Below, piece after piece: positions 39,101 through 49,295 of a stretch of DNA of 64,000 bases. The position numbers and the translations under genes are program-made. This stretch comes from Paramoeba atlantica (lineage: Eukaryota; Protista; Discosea). Location: contig CDRNVI010000053.1 of assembly GCA_977017575.1 (NCBI GenBank), forward strand, positions 310,001-374,000, in the 5' to 3' direction. The notes beneath the pieces are model-generated. The model made no database searches, had not been told where the DNA came from, and saw only the letters and a list, made by a program, of their open reading frames with translations. How positions within the stretch are numbered: the stretch's first letter is position 1; every line of letters starts with the position of its first letter.

Positions 39101-42100
39101 AGTTGCGACATACCTACATGAACAAGAAGAGTGGGATCTTTGCCGCTGCTTGCTTCGAAATAAGATACCAGAGGTAGGTGACAAGCTTATTGATGAAACG
39201 TTACTTGCAGTTGAAAATAGAGCACTAGATATGCATGCTCGAACAAAAATAAATAACTATTGTATAGTTCGTGGCTATGAAGCTCCGGCATTTGACTATA
39301 AAGACGTTGGAAAGCGAGAGTCTCAGTTTTATTTCGCTAGTACTAATATTCCAGGATTTTCAGGTCTGCAGGCATTCGGTATTGGCTCTTCAAAGGATGA
39401 ATCTACGCGTCGCTGCGCTATGCATTGTTTAGAAGTCCTATCGAAATTAGATCCCAGTATTACTGGGCTTGATCTTTTGCGTACTGCAAATTGGGATTCG
39501 CGAAACAATGTGGATCGTAACGTGCAAGTTATGCAAGAGGAAGGCAGACACCGAGTTGTCGAACTCTACTGTCTATCTCGAGGACTCGAATTACCTTCTT
39601 TTGAAATCAGTGCGAGGAATGTAGCTACGGGGCGAATGTACTCAGTCTCTTCTACATTAGGGGAATTTACAGCACGAGCAGAAAACCCTATGCATCAACC
39701 AGCGCTGAACCAATGCTTAAGCATAATGATGAATAAGATGGTAAAGTATGATCCAGCATTTCGTGAATTGCAGACATTTCTTCGAAGCCATCCTTTTCTC
39801 GACACATACACTGTCTTGGACTTAAAGCTTTCCCAGGATCTGCTTCGTCGAATGAATGCGCTTTCTGAGGTTGTGTTTACTTCAGTTGAATTATCTAAAT
39901 CCGCAAATGACTCAAGGAAGTCCGACGCTAGTGGAACTGATTTTTCAAAGCACCGTGAAATATGGCATGTCGATGCTGAAACTCGCGCACGTCGAAATGA
40001 AAAATTGCTGAATGAGAAAAGAGAAAGAGAAAGCGATGAACAATATCAGGAACATTTTGGACGAAAGCGCTGTTCTCTTCCAATATTCAAATTTCGAGAT
40101 GAAATTATAAAACTTTTGTACGAGCAAGGGCACAATGTGGTTGTTTTATGTGGGACAACGGGATGCGGGAAAACCACGCAAGTCCCTCAATATATTTTAG
40201 ACTATCATATTGAGAAGGGTGAGGGAGCCTTCTGCACTATGCTTGTGACACAGCCAAGGCGCATCAGTGCTGTATCCATTCCAAAAAGGATAGCGAGCGA
40301 ACGAACAGAGATTTGTGGTGACAACATTGGTTTCATTGTTCGCCTGGATGCCCTACCTGGGAAGCATGTAACGTTTGTGACATCAGGTGTTCTTCTCAGA
40401 ATCTTGAAAGATAATCCTATGCTAGAGGGATTTTCACATGTCATTGTCGATGAAATACACGAGCGAGACATTAACTCCGACTTTCTTTTGATCCTCTTAC
40501 GTGATTTGCTAGGAAAAAGAACAGACCTTAAGGTAGTGTTGATGAGCGCGACGCTACAAGCCAAATTATTTTCCGATTATTTTGGGGGTGCACCCGTACT
40601 CGAGGCGGAGGGCGGGGTATTCCCTGTCGAAATGCATTATCTGGAGGATATTGCAAAGGTGGCAAAGCAGTACGGATTTTCCAGTCCATTTATTCAAGCC
40701 AACGATACCGGTGAAGATATTTTTACAGCGAATCTTGACTACAGTGTTATTGCTTTTGTTGTCTCTCACTTGATGGAAACAAAAAAAGATGAAATGCTTG
40801 GCTACTCTATTTTAATCTTCTTGCCTGGGTGGGAAGAAATTGTTCAGGCGAAAACTATTTTGTCTAGTGGCGCAGGAGGTGACCCTTCGCAGTTTACCTT
40901 CGTAACTCTGCATAGTGCTGTTTCAGCAGCCGATCAGGCACTATGTTTTCGGGCTGCCGATTCTACAAAGACAAAGATAATTCTCTCCACAAATATAGCA
41001 GAGAGTGGTGTCACGATTGACGATATCAAAGTGGTGATTGACGCTGGCCGCATGAAAGAGAAATCGTTCATACATACGGAAGGGCGCTCACAAATCGCCA
41101 AGGAGACTGGCGAAATGGGAGCCTACGCTCAGCTAGTAACTGTTCCTGCGAGCCGTGCGAACTGTGTTCAGCGTCGCGGTCGTGCTGGTCGTACAAGAGG
41201 TGGTATTTGCTACCGAATATACAGTAAAGCGCATTTCGAAGCACTTGACGATTTCCAAACTCCGGAATTGCTACGGCAGCCGCTTGATTCTCTGTGTCTT
41301 TCAATTCTACACTTAAAACTAGGAGATCCCAATACAGTTCTTAGCAAGGCGCTCGAATGCCCCACAATAGAGAGCGTTGATTTCGCCCTTCAGCGTCTGG
41401 AGCAGCTCGGCGCGATCAAGAAGAATATTGCAGAGGATACTGTTCTAACTCCCTTAGGAGAAGTAATGGCCGTACTTCCCGTATCACCGCATATGGCCAA
41501 AGCTCTAGTCTATGGAACGATGTTTCGTTGCTTGGATTCGATCTTAACAATCGCAGCTGCAAGCCAGCAAAACCTTTTTATGGGCAGTAAAGATAAACGA
41601 CAGGATGTCAAACGTTCCAAACTTCAATTTGAGCTCGGAACTCATAGCGACCATCTAACTGCGCTTAATGCCTTCAATGCGTGGGTTGCTAGGCGTAGGG
41701 CATCCGTTGAAAGCAACGACAAAAACAAACTTATTGCCCTCTCACAGTTTGAAGATAACCTTGAACTGAATTCTATCGCCTTGCTACAAGTTGCAAAATA
41801 CAAGAAACAGTTTGCAGAACTGATTTTTCGCGTTGTGCTACAGTGCGCACCTCCCGAAGAAGGATGCAGGCGCGGGGATTGTTTTGTGGAGGATACTACG
41901 TTGTCCGAACATGCCGGCAACATAAGCTTAGTCAAAGCTGTGTTAGGCACTGCGTTGTATCCCAATTTTGCTGTTCACAGAGAAAAACGTAAAACCTTTC
42001 GAGGCAAGCACGATAATATGATGGTACTTGCGAGCAATTCAGTTCTGTGTCAAGCTAAGGAATTCGGTTCTAGATCCCGTACCCCATATGTGATTTTTGA

Positions 42101-43394
42101 TGAGAAGCAAAGACTACAATATTCAGAAACTAAATCTCTCATTTCATTTAGAAATGCAACGGCCCTCAACATGCTTAGTGTGGTAATTCTCGGTGCGCCG
42201 GCTGAGGAATTAGAATACAGGGAAGATATTAAACTCGGCTTGTTAGGTGATTGGATGCCTTTTAGATGCGAGGAGAATAGCGACATGCTTGAGGTTATTA
42301 AACGGTTCAAGAAAGCTTTGGATACAGCAGTAAATCTTGGAATTCAGTTTCCTCGCAATACGCAATATCAAAAATTTATTAAGGAGTTTCGCCAATTGAT
42401 TATTGAAGCCATACAGGATGAGGTGGTAGTCAATTCCTTAATTTCTGACAATTGGGCAGAAAAAGGAAAAATTCTGTGCCCAACCGACCAAACGGATTTC
42501 GAAATTAGAGAAATCGCAGATTCGGAACTTGAAGAACCTCAAATACAAGAAAAAGATTCGCGAGCTCCGATTTTCCGAAATACGGTCTTGAAGTATGATG
42601 ATGGCTCAGTGCGCAGCATAGCAGAAACTACTTTTGAAGGGGAAAGCGTGAACGGTAGAGCACAGGCACCTCGAAATCCTTTTCATTCTCCATCCGAAGA
42701 AGAGACTTCTAAGAGCGATCTTGTCGAGTTGATTCTTCATTATTATCCCGAAGCTAAACAACCTGAAAAGATCATAACGTATAAAACGACGCAAAGCCAG
42801 GAATACGAGTGGAATGAGCGGCCATTGTACGAATCTACTGCCACTCTTAACGCAAAGATTGTTTTAACCAAAACAGGACATTTACGAGCGAATCGAAGTG
42901 CAGCAGAAAAAAGTGCAGCTTTCGCTGTGCTTCGCGCGGCTCGAAATGATAAAAAATATTACTTTGGTCACACAGAGATTCAAAGAGAAAAACGAGTCCG
43001 TCGACGCGCAAACATGCTGCCCGACCTTGAGGTTTGCAAATCGGCGAAAAGTGCATTAATGGAATTTATAACTCGAAACCCTCCTAAAGATATGGACCTT
43101 CGGTCTGCCTTGTTCTTTCAAACAAAACAGAAAGAAGATTTGAAGTTTGAATCATTTTGCTACCTGTTGGGTCACAAACACGTTTCCCAACGTTTAGATC
43201 AAAGAAGAAAAGCGGAAGCGGATGCAGCATTGATTGCCTACAATTCGCTAAAGGCAGATCCTCGTAAATATCTTGGCGAAGACTTCGCTGAGGAAACGGG
43301 CGATAACGTGAAGAGGTACGACCAAGATGGCTTTGAAATCCAAGAGGAATATGCTAGCCATGGAGCGGAAAATTCACCTAATGAATGGTGCTAA
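36138..43394 (+). CDS. REH2: RNA editing helicase 2 (DEAH/RHA helicase with N-terminal dsRBD-like repeats)
   Basis: GTTGCGKTT, TQPRRISA, DEIHER, MSAT, QRRGRAGR, PELLRQPL; six N-terminal xxMH(A/G/C)xxxLD repeats; 2418 aa. Confidence 0.8.
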   Translation: MPNLNRAVLYIRRLSKGKIANRCDWFRWDQIYGHSCLPACGAVSRHADMHLRPHGTTQNLVLRCCSSAAVDETDADNLEAIGEPDENLLEAALPVMSTEEWDLTNISPIHSLDFLALGRLQNFIKRHPRAVSGSERDDMKTTSLEKLCVVSGKFDDDTELFKLSSKRLDNAGILCRACVTFPLPKEISDDTLQGIGYALHAREAIHVASMHAERQLDALGIPVCGLRRTQIKYAEAKRASGLAAPFPNDPIKSLKDTTLPSPLRLIREHRLHEIQKLYIPVRYNSFYGNPHALVSPVNVDEFSVDRITAYCAHHRPQVKLSELCIKEVINSVEAKATRDKGFLGTAEKGDSTESVTAWIHITIRLPVPEKYGTRDVKGFAPHKKTALILACMHGELLLDTLGIPIFSNTEQQEKHAKVCEMYGRGAPRPGDEPAASSTIGPPALRTLFPGESIPVGDPKCVDSHLSKYRVSHITFLPEIQDVSSIDSSAMKKIQDYFITHGKVDMEQFYIEKIDGTDCNGVFKAVLALPIADNRHELAVGIANTAARAREVCAMHALTIIDHITKESHINVEDDARSQGLIRPPLRFSNGMDRIPSLLNFMRKELESTPVSSRTAVGSRKQRSRKLSSELQADSEEYILVPPEETIGREASEIVALTSPRKFDAFSVERINDYLRRHGTSPEFATNVENIGDLSSSQFYRVKIFLPTPPGYGPRVGIGEAPKKQEANILAHMHCELILDHLGIPLFDHEVLQKKHAMAARKHKRFAPTPADVGSSFSTPSPPPLRKERNDSMKWLRFLREKFESHSIDISASHVQTAQTSTWDYVGPKELDYDAKLKLYHHIVTHPKNRNVTTLDNRFEVSRNGESGASYYYCKMKIDVPEHRGKIAEARGSAVTQRDAEMLCCMHALRILDAYGMRVFFIKGMQDRHAKQVRKAGRWARFSTEPPPPASDNISFPKALRIDAAGPKPKPPPTPSICDDGVWNAFVDEVATYLHEQEEWDLCRCLLRNKIPEVGDKLIDETLLAVENRALDMHARTKINNYCIVRGYEAPAFDYKDVGKRESQFYFASTNIPGFSGLQAFGIGSSKDESTRRCAMHCLEVLSKLDPSITGLDLLRTANWDSRNNVDRNVQVMQEEGRHRVVELYCLSRGLELPSFEISARNVATGRMYSVSSTLGEFTARAENPMHQPALNQCLSIMMNKMVKYDPAFRELQTFLRSHPFLDTYTVLDLKLSQDLLRRMNALSEVVFTSVELSKSANDSRKSDASGTDFSKHREIWHVDAETRARRNEKLLNEKRERESDEQYQEHFGRKRCSLPIFKFRDEIIKLLYEQGHNVVVLCGTTGCGKTTQVPQYILDYHIEKGEGAFCTMLVTQPRRISAVSIPKRIASERTEICGDNIGFIVRLDALPGKHVTFVTSGVLLRILKDNPMLEGFSHVIVDEIHERDINSDFLLILLRDLLGKRTDLKVVLMSATLQAKLFSDYFGGAPVLEAEGGVFPVEMHYLEDIAKVAKQYGFSSPFIQANDTGEDIFTANLDYSVIAFVVSHLMETKKDEMLGYSILIFLPGWEEIVQAKTILSSGAGGDPSQFTFVTLHSAVSAADQALCFRAADSTKTKIILSTNIAESGVTIDDIKVVIDAGRMKEKSFIHTEGRSQIAKETGEMGAYAQLVTVPASRANCVQRRGRAGRTRGGICYRIYSKAHFEALDDFQTPELLRQPLDSLCLSILHLKLGDPNTVLSKALECPTIESVDFALQRLEQLGAIKKNIAEDTVLTPLGEVMAVLPVSPHMAKALVYGTMFRCLDSILTIAAASQQNLFMGSKDKRQDVKRSKLQFELGTHSDHLTALNAFNAWVARRRASVESNDKNKLIALSQFEDNLELNSIALLQVAKYKKQFAELIFRVVLQCAPPEEGCRRGDCFVEDTTLSEHAGNISLVKAVLGTALYPNFAVHREKRKTFRGKHDNMMVLASNSVLCQAKEFGSRSRTPYVIFDEKQRLQYSETKSLISFRNATALNMLSVVILGAPAEELEYREDIKLGLLGDWMPFRCEENSDMLEVIKRFKKALDTAVNLGIQFPRNTQYQKFIKEFRQLIIEAIQDEVVVNSLISDNWAEKGKILCPTDQTDFEIREIADSELEEPQIQEKDSRAPIFRNTVLKYDDGSVRSIAETTFEGESVNGRAQAPRNPFHSPSEEETSKSDLVELILHYYPEAKQPEKIITYKTTQSQEYEWNERPLYESTATLNAKIVLTKTGHLRANRSAAEKSAAFAVLRAARNDKKYYFGHTEIQREKRVRRRANMLPDLEVCKSAKSALMEFITRNPPKDMDLRSALFFQTKQKEDLKFESFCYLLGHKHVSQRLDQRRKAEADAALIAYNSLKADPRKYLGEDFAEETGDNVKRYDQDGFEIQEEYASHGAENSPNEWC

Positions 43395-43722
43395 AGAGGA
43401 ATCAGGCAGTTTTTCGTATTTTCATGAGACATACAACCTCATGAAGCATATTTCATCTATGTCTTGTGAACTACGTCTTGCTTTAAAACATTTGATGTCC
43501 TTGGAAAATAACCCTATTCACTGACTAATGTTTCTGACCATTAGCTCTCTTTGAGCTTTAATATTGTGCATGATTTTGCGTTTGCGAAATTTATCTTCGA
43601 TCGCTTTTTTGTAATGGATTTTGTCGTGAAAACATGAATCATGTTCTCTACTAATTGGTTCCATTCGTTTCATTTATACCAGAGTACAGGAGCATACACA
43701 TTGATTTTCCTTTCATATTTTC

Positions 43723-44325
43723 ATGAATTTCGCTTCCTTCCGACTAGAAAAATTAAGGTGTAGCGTATCGACTGGGTTTCACGTCCACTTTTCTGCACGA
43801 TATTCCCGTTCTATTACATTTTCCAACTTGCATCTAGTATTTAAGGGTGACCAAAAAAATATTCTACGAGGACTGTATCGTGCCTTGCTCCGATACGGAG
43901 AAGACAGGCTAATGCTGCGACGCATCTTGCTGTTAGAGAATCCAAAGTACCTCAAGTACGGATTAGAAGCCCTTCAGTATCACAGAAACGTAAGTGAGAG
44001 TCAAAAGTCGTACGGTAAAATACGTGGCATAAGGTTATGGAAAAATATGCCGTTTCTCGCAATGCTTAAATTGCGCATTCTAAGCTTTCAGATAGGTTTA
44101 TTTTACATCAGATTGCGTTGCCAGAGTACAATAGCCATAATAAATGTTTTTTTGATCTCGGCCTTTATTTGCCTACTTGTGGCATTGTTTCAGTTATACA
44201 GAGCTCTCGGGACTCTTCTGCAGGATAACCGGTACAGACACCGAACTGACGTGCAAAGGTTATTCACAACAGTGGAGACTATGGCAAAAGCCAAGAATGC
44301 GGCGTTGTTAAATACTACCGAATGA
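43723..44325 (+). CDS. Putative mitochondrial membrane protein with LYR-like motif
   Basis: R/S-rich N-terminus; GLYRALLR; TM IAIINVFLISAFICLLVALF; alternative Met at 43912. Confidence 0.6.
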   Translation: MNFASFRLEKLRCSVSTGFHVHFSARYSRSITFSNLHLVFKGDQKNILRGLYRALLRYGEDRLMLRRILLLENPKYLKYGLEALQYHRNVSESQKSYGKIRGIRLWKNMPFLAMLKLRILSFQIGLFYIRLRCQSTIAIINVFLISAFICLLVALFQLYRALGTLLQDNRYRHRTDVQRLFTTVETMAKAKNAALLNTTE

Positions 44326-44571
44326 CTGACTGCACACGTATTAGGTGGCCGAACACTATTGCATCGCCTTTCAAAGATTCGGTTAAATAGGCTCTATCCC
44401 ACATGAACACTAGCTCAGGCACGGAAGCTGTACGAATTTTGGTAATTGTATGAACATTAATAGAAATCGTAAATTGACTATATGATATACACGTTTCGAA
44501 CAAAGTTCGGCATAATTTCTCAATTATTTTACAAATATTAACTGGACTTGCAAGGTTTGTATGCTTAGAAA

Positions 44572-45669
44572 ATGTCAGAAATTGAAACTGGGGATAAACG
44601 CGGCAACAAAAAGCGTGCGAAAGCAGTTGAACGGGGTAGTGATGAAACATCTGTGAATACTTCTCGTTCAATTGCTGACGACAGAAAAGAAAGTCCCACA
44701 GGGAGTTTTGAACCTTGTGAAGTTCAGGTGTCTTTTGATATCCGTGGCTTCACGGAGGACTCCGCTATCGAAGACGTGTCGTTCTATCTTCGAGGAATTC
44801 TTCCTGATCGAAAAAACGTTATATCTTGGGATGTACTTGTGAAAAGTCTTCGAAATGAAGAGCTCACCTCGTTGATTTATCTTTCCGAAACCGTTGACGA
44901 TGCGTCATCTTGTTCAGAAGTATCGCCACAGTGTTCTGCTTCAACAGTCTCAGTGGATTCCTCATCTGAAGCCAGTGGGTTGGTGGCTCTGCTACCAGTG
45001 TGCTTTACGCATAGGAATAAAGAGTGTATATCTACAACTTCATGCTTCGAGGAGCGTGAAATCTCTCGGTATCTTGCAGCATATGGCTGTAACAAAGTGT
45101 GCGAGAAATTGAAAGCGATTTCCACTCAGAGTTCTGAAAACACTTGCTTATATTTCATGTTAAACCATCGAGCGGCTTTCATGCCCAATCAAGTTGCATA
45201 CCAAACTCTTCTTCAACTTTTTGGCACGATAATTAAGAAGTCGTGGATAAAGTATAAAGATATTTATATTTTTACTTTAGTAAAGGCACGTCGTCTTTCT
45301 CAGGGGGGAAAAGATATTATGGCTTCGAAACGCAGAAGGAAGAGTACATCTTGGTCAACGGGCGAGCAGAACTCTCAGGCAACAACTAGCTTGGATTTCG
45401 AGTTCGTGCGACCTGAAGATGAAATCTTTTACAAATATGGTAATTCGCTCACTGAGGTTCGGCCTAATGATAGTTCGGTTGAATTCGCGGAAGAATACCC
45501 TGGACAGCCGACTATTGAAGTTCCTTTTGCAATTCCAGTTTTAATCCCTCTGGTTAGAATTAAAACAAATGGGGCTCGCAAAAGTAAAGATTCCAAATCT
45601 GGGTGTTCCAACCCGCTTTTAAGCCTAATGGGGGAAATACAGAAATTAGTAGATCAAGAGTCCTGTTGA
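44572..45669 (+). CDS. BCP1: BCP1/BCCIP family protein
   Basis: VSFDIRGF..IEDVSFYLRGIL; LNHRAAFMPNQVAY; FVRPEDEIF. Confidence 0.65.
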   Translation: MSEIETGDKRGNKKRAKAVERGSDETSVNTSRSIADDRKESPTGSFEPCEVQVSFDIRGFTEDSAIEDVSFYLRGILPDRKNVISWDVLVKSLRNEELTSLIYLSETVDDASSCSEVSPQCSASTVSVDSSSEASGLVALLPVCFTHRNKECISTTSCFEEREISRYLAAYGCNKVCEKLKAISTQSSENTCLYFMLNHRAAFMPNQVAYQTLLQLFGTIIKKSWIKYKDIYIFTLVKARRLSQGGKDIMASKRRRKSTSWSTGEQNSQATTSLDFEFVRPEDEIFYKYGNSLTEVRPNDSSVEFAEEYPGQPTIEVPFAIPVLIPLVRIKTNGARKSKDSKSGCSNPLLSLMGEIQKLVDQESC

Positions 45670-46249
45670 TACCTATACAATGTGTATCGAGATTCGTCGT
45701 GATGTATTGAATGGATTGCGTACGACACCTGCCGATGATTTTTATACCACAAATCTAGTACGAGTATTTCTAGATAAGGAATTCTAGATAAATGCCCAGA
45801 AAGAGTACAAAACATAAGGAATAGATACATTTCCATTGGAGAATGTCTATTTTATGTTTTTTATTCTAATAGATAATTTATCTGCGTTTTCTATGTACGG
45901 TATTGATGGTTATTAAGTAAAGTACACTCGAAGGACCGTAATAGGAATCTGAAACTGAAATCTTACGTGTAGGTTTTTGAAAGTCTTCACACGCAGCCCC
46001 TCATCATGCAACTTACTTATTTTACCCATTTAAATCCAATAATATGTGTTATGCATGGAAGAATGTTAAACCTGATGAACAGTCTCATGTATGATAAATG
46101 GAACTATTATACACTGTATGCAGCTTATAGTGTTTTGATAATGCCCTCTTTCGCAGCCACTTTTCGCTTCGTGTATTATATACCATATCATATGACAAAT
46201 TGCGTTTCATTATGATGCATCATTTCGTTTAAAGAAGCCCTTATAAACG

Positions 46250-48982
46250 ATGAGCTCAGATAATATTTCATCTAAACTCCGCGTAATAGAAAGGGTAGTA
46301 GGACGTATCGACAAGTGCATCGCTCGTGAGCTTAAGACGTTGGCCTGTAATTTTCAGGCTGAATCGAGTGCACTGATGCGCGCAATGCATCTTTTGCGAA
46401 TAGCTTTAAAACTTTCTGATCAGATAGCTATACTCTGCATTGAAACTTTCAAAGACATTGTTGCCACGAACATTTTAGAGGGTGATTCGATACTTGTTGA
46501 ACAGGTTCCACTAACGTCTCCTATTTTTGGCTCTACCGTAAGTTCAATGATTGTTTCCTTGTGTGCGGAACTGGTAGAAGGACGCAATCCACTTGCTGTT
46601 CAATGTAAGTCATTGGACCTTCTTGCCTGCGTTGTACAAAATTCTAAACTGAATGTTACGGGTTCATTGCTCATATGTTCGATTCAGGTCGCTTTCAATA
46701 CGCAGCATCGAACTGCGAACGATGACTTTCGACTGTATGCAATGGATGTGCTGAGTGCCCTTTTGATTCATGTGCCGAATATGTTAGAAGTACAGGTAGG
46801 GCAAGAATGCATAGAAAAATCTGCAATCTGGACTGAGCTTCTCGAAAAACGTGACCCAATCTGCCGACTTGGAGGAAACGTTCTTTTTCTACAATCATAT
46901 CATGCACCGTGCGAAACTGATTTTGAAGGGGCTTTGAGTGTTCTTTCACGGAAAGAACGAGATGCTTTTGCTGTTATAGCTGGACTATGTTCCATTGTGA
47001 AAGGCTCTTCATGTTGTGAGCTTTTAAGAACTGCTGCAGGCCGGAATGATCAGGAAAAAGCTAAGGCAGTAGCCTTATACGGGCTCCGCGTCGTATTGCA
47101 TCATGGTCGTTATAGCATACCGAAGCTGAGCACTCTTCTTGTTCGTTGTCTGCCATTCATTTTTGACGTTGTTTATAAGTCCTTTGCCGCGTCACGTCGA
47201 ACTAAACTATTCGACGATGCCGTTAGTATCGTAGAAATCCTAGTAACAAATTACATGTGCCACGCCAGAAGAGAGATTAGCGAACTTCTTCTGCTATTGC
47301 GCCTGATTCTCCTTTCTCCTCTTACGTTATATCATCAAAGAACAAGAATCCTACAGAGCCTTGCACGTATTATGAGTGACTCAAACCTCTGGCTAACTAT
47401 GTATATGAGCTATGACTGCCAATTGAATCATGATGACATTTGCATCTTACTACTTGATAGTATCGCTCAAGTAGCTCAACATCGTTGGACAACGATAATT
47501 GGGATATCAAATGCACAACAGCACATACAGGTTGAGCTTGCATTGAAGTGCTATGAAAATGGGTTTGCCGGGCTGAAAAGCTACTTAATGAACAAAGATG
47601 AGGCCATCAAGCAGAGTTTTATAAAAGGGCCAAGTTGGCTTGCTCTTGGGGAGAAACGATTTAGACATGAACGAAGTAGAAGCGAGCATAATTGCAGCTC
47701 GAATAGCTGGAATGTACATTCGGAGTTTCACTTTGTTGAAGAGAATCTAGTCACATTACCTGCAACTAGCGCGGCTGGTAATAGTAATTTATGCCCTGTT
47801 ATGGAGGAAGGAATGGACCAGCTTTTAATATCAACCGAAGACACTCTTGGAAAATGGATTCAGCATAAGTTACTCCTGTCACGTGCGGTGCGTCTTTTGA
47901 ATACGGAGCTCACACGTGGATTACGAGCGCTTCGAAAATGTGGAATTATACAATCTGAATCTGATAGTAGCGGTTTTTGCCTCGCTTTGCGTCATCTACG
48001 TAATGTGAGCCCTTCCGTACTTCGTACAGTACTCTCCAAAGTAAAAAAGTCTTCACTTTACGCGAATGTCGCACGTCTATATATGCACTCACTTCGATTA
48101 AAAGACGTTGCTCCGGATGAGGCAGTTCGACAGTTTACGGAACTGTTTCCTATGACCGCCCATACAACACAATTTGAAGGGCCTGTTTGGTTTGAATTGA
48201 TGGGCTTCCTGGCCGAGGCCTATACTACACAAAATCCAGGACTACAATTAGATCGCGAGAGTGGGCAAATATTGTGTTCTACGCTTCTCACTCTGCATAC
48301 GACTCACCACAACCCCAATATTCATGAAAGCGAGAGGTTTACCGCAGAGAGGTTTTCCAGTGCTACATTAGAATGTTTGGGCGCTAACACTCGAATAGGG
48401 AAGGAACAACTCATGGAGTCGTTTCGCCGCGTGACGAGATCAAAATGGAAGCCCAAAACTATGCCTGCCAACATGACGGATTATGAGTGGGAGTGCTTTG
48501 GATACATGGATAGGGAGGCGCAATTTCGAAATTCCCTGCATCGACGGCACGGTGATCCGTACACCACTTCGGTAGAAATTGCTGAAAAGAGGTACACTTC
48601 TATGATAGAGAAATCTTGGCATCATGCAAGTGAAAGATTGCAGCGGGATAAGGAGTTCATTCTTTGTCCATTTTTGCGTCCAACCAAGCCTGGAGAAGCA
48701 ATACATTTATTCAGCGAAATGTTGAATCGGTATTGGTTTACGCTCTCCCAACTTCGTGACTCAGAGTTCCTCTTCAAGTATCCCAGAGTTGTCCAACGTG
48801 CGTCACATTTATTAGGAACTTGTACGGATATCGTTGCGATACTAGGACTTGATCTTGAGGATTTATTACAAGGGTCATCTGTTGCGCCCGTGGAATCTTT
48901 TCATGATGATCCTATACGATACACATCAGCATTAGGAGTTCTTCCTTGGAGCGGAGTTCACTTTCAATGCCCTCTCATTTAA
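46250..48982 (+). CDS. Large ARF-GEF-like protein (DCB-HUS-Sec7), Sec7 domain degenerate, HDS domains absent
   Basis: HUS-like YMSYDC; LMGFLAEAY and LLTLHTTHHNP align to Sec7 helices. Confidence 0.65.
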   Translation: MSSDNISSKLRVIERVVGRIDKCIARELKTLACNFQAESSALMRAMHLLRIALKLSDQIAILCIETFKDIVATNILEGDSILVEQVPLTSPIFGSTVSSMIVSLCAELVEGRNPLAVQCKSLDLLACVVQNSKLNVTGSLLICSIQVAFNTQHRTANDDFRLYAMDVLSALLIHVPNMLEVQVGQECIEKSAIWTELLEKRDPICRLGGNVLFLQSYHAPCETDFEGALSVLSRKERDAFAVIAGLCSIVKGSSCCELLRTAAGRNDQEKAKAVALYGLRVVLHHGRYSIPKLSTLLVRCLPFIFDVVYKSFAASRRTKLFDDAVSIVEILVTNYMCHARREISELLLLLRLILLSPLTLYHQRTRILQSLARIMSDSNLWLTMYMSYDCQLNHDDICILLLDSIAQVAQHRWTTIIGISNAQQHIQVELALKCYENGFAGLKSYLMNKDEAIKQSFIKGPSWLALGEKRFRHERSRSEHNCSSNSWNVHSEFHFVEENLVTLPATSAAGNSNLCPVMEEGMDQLLISTEDTLGKWIQHKLLLSRAVRLLNTELTRGLRALRKCGIIQSESDSSGFCLALRHLRNVSPSVLRTVLSKVKKSSLYANVARLYMHSLRLKDVAPDEAVRQFTELFPMTAHTTQFEGPVWFELMGFLAEAYTTQNPGLQLDRESGQILCSTLLTLHTTHHNPNIHESERFTAERFSSATLECLGANTRIGKEQLMESFRRVTRSKWKPKTMPANMTDYEWECFGYMDREAQFRNSLHRRHGDPYTTSVEIAEKRYTSMIEKSWHHASERLQRDKEFILCPFLRPTKPGEAIHLFSEMLNRYWFTLSQLRDSEFLFKYPRVVQRASHLLGTCTDIVAILGLDLEDLLQGSSVAPVESFHDDPIRYTSALGVLPWSGVHFQCPLI

Positions 48983-49295
48983 TAAATATCCATCCAGATT
49001 GTTTTTCGTGTTACTGTGTATACTGTATCCGCCTAACTATTTCTTTTTCTCTCTTGAAGATTATTCTTTTTGGACCTCAGAATATGTTTTTTCGTAAACT
49101 GGCCCCTTTATTCGAAGGGTCCCAAATGGGTGGACTCTTGAGTAGGGATGACAATAAGAATTTAGTATGATATTTACTACGATGAAATAGTTTGTTGAAC
49201 TTATTTCACCTCTAATTGCACTTCTTCATCTACTTTGCTGCTAGTTTTACCTTACCCGTTGATGTTTCAATGGAGTTCTAACCCCGTATTATACA

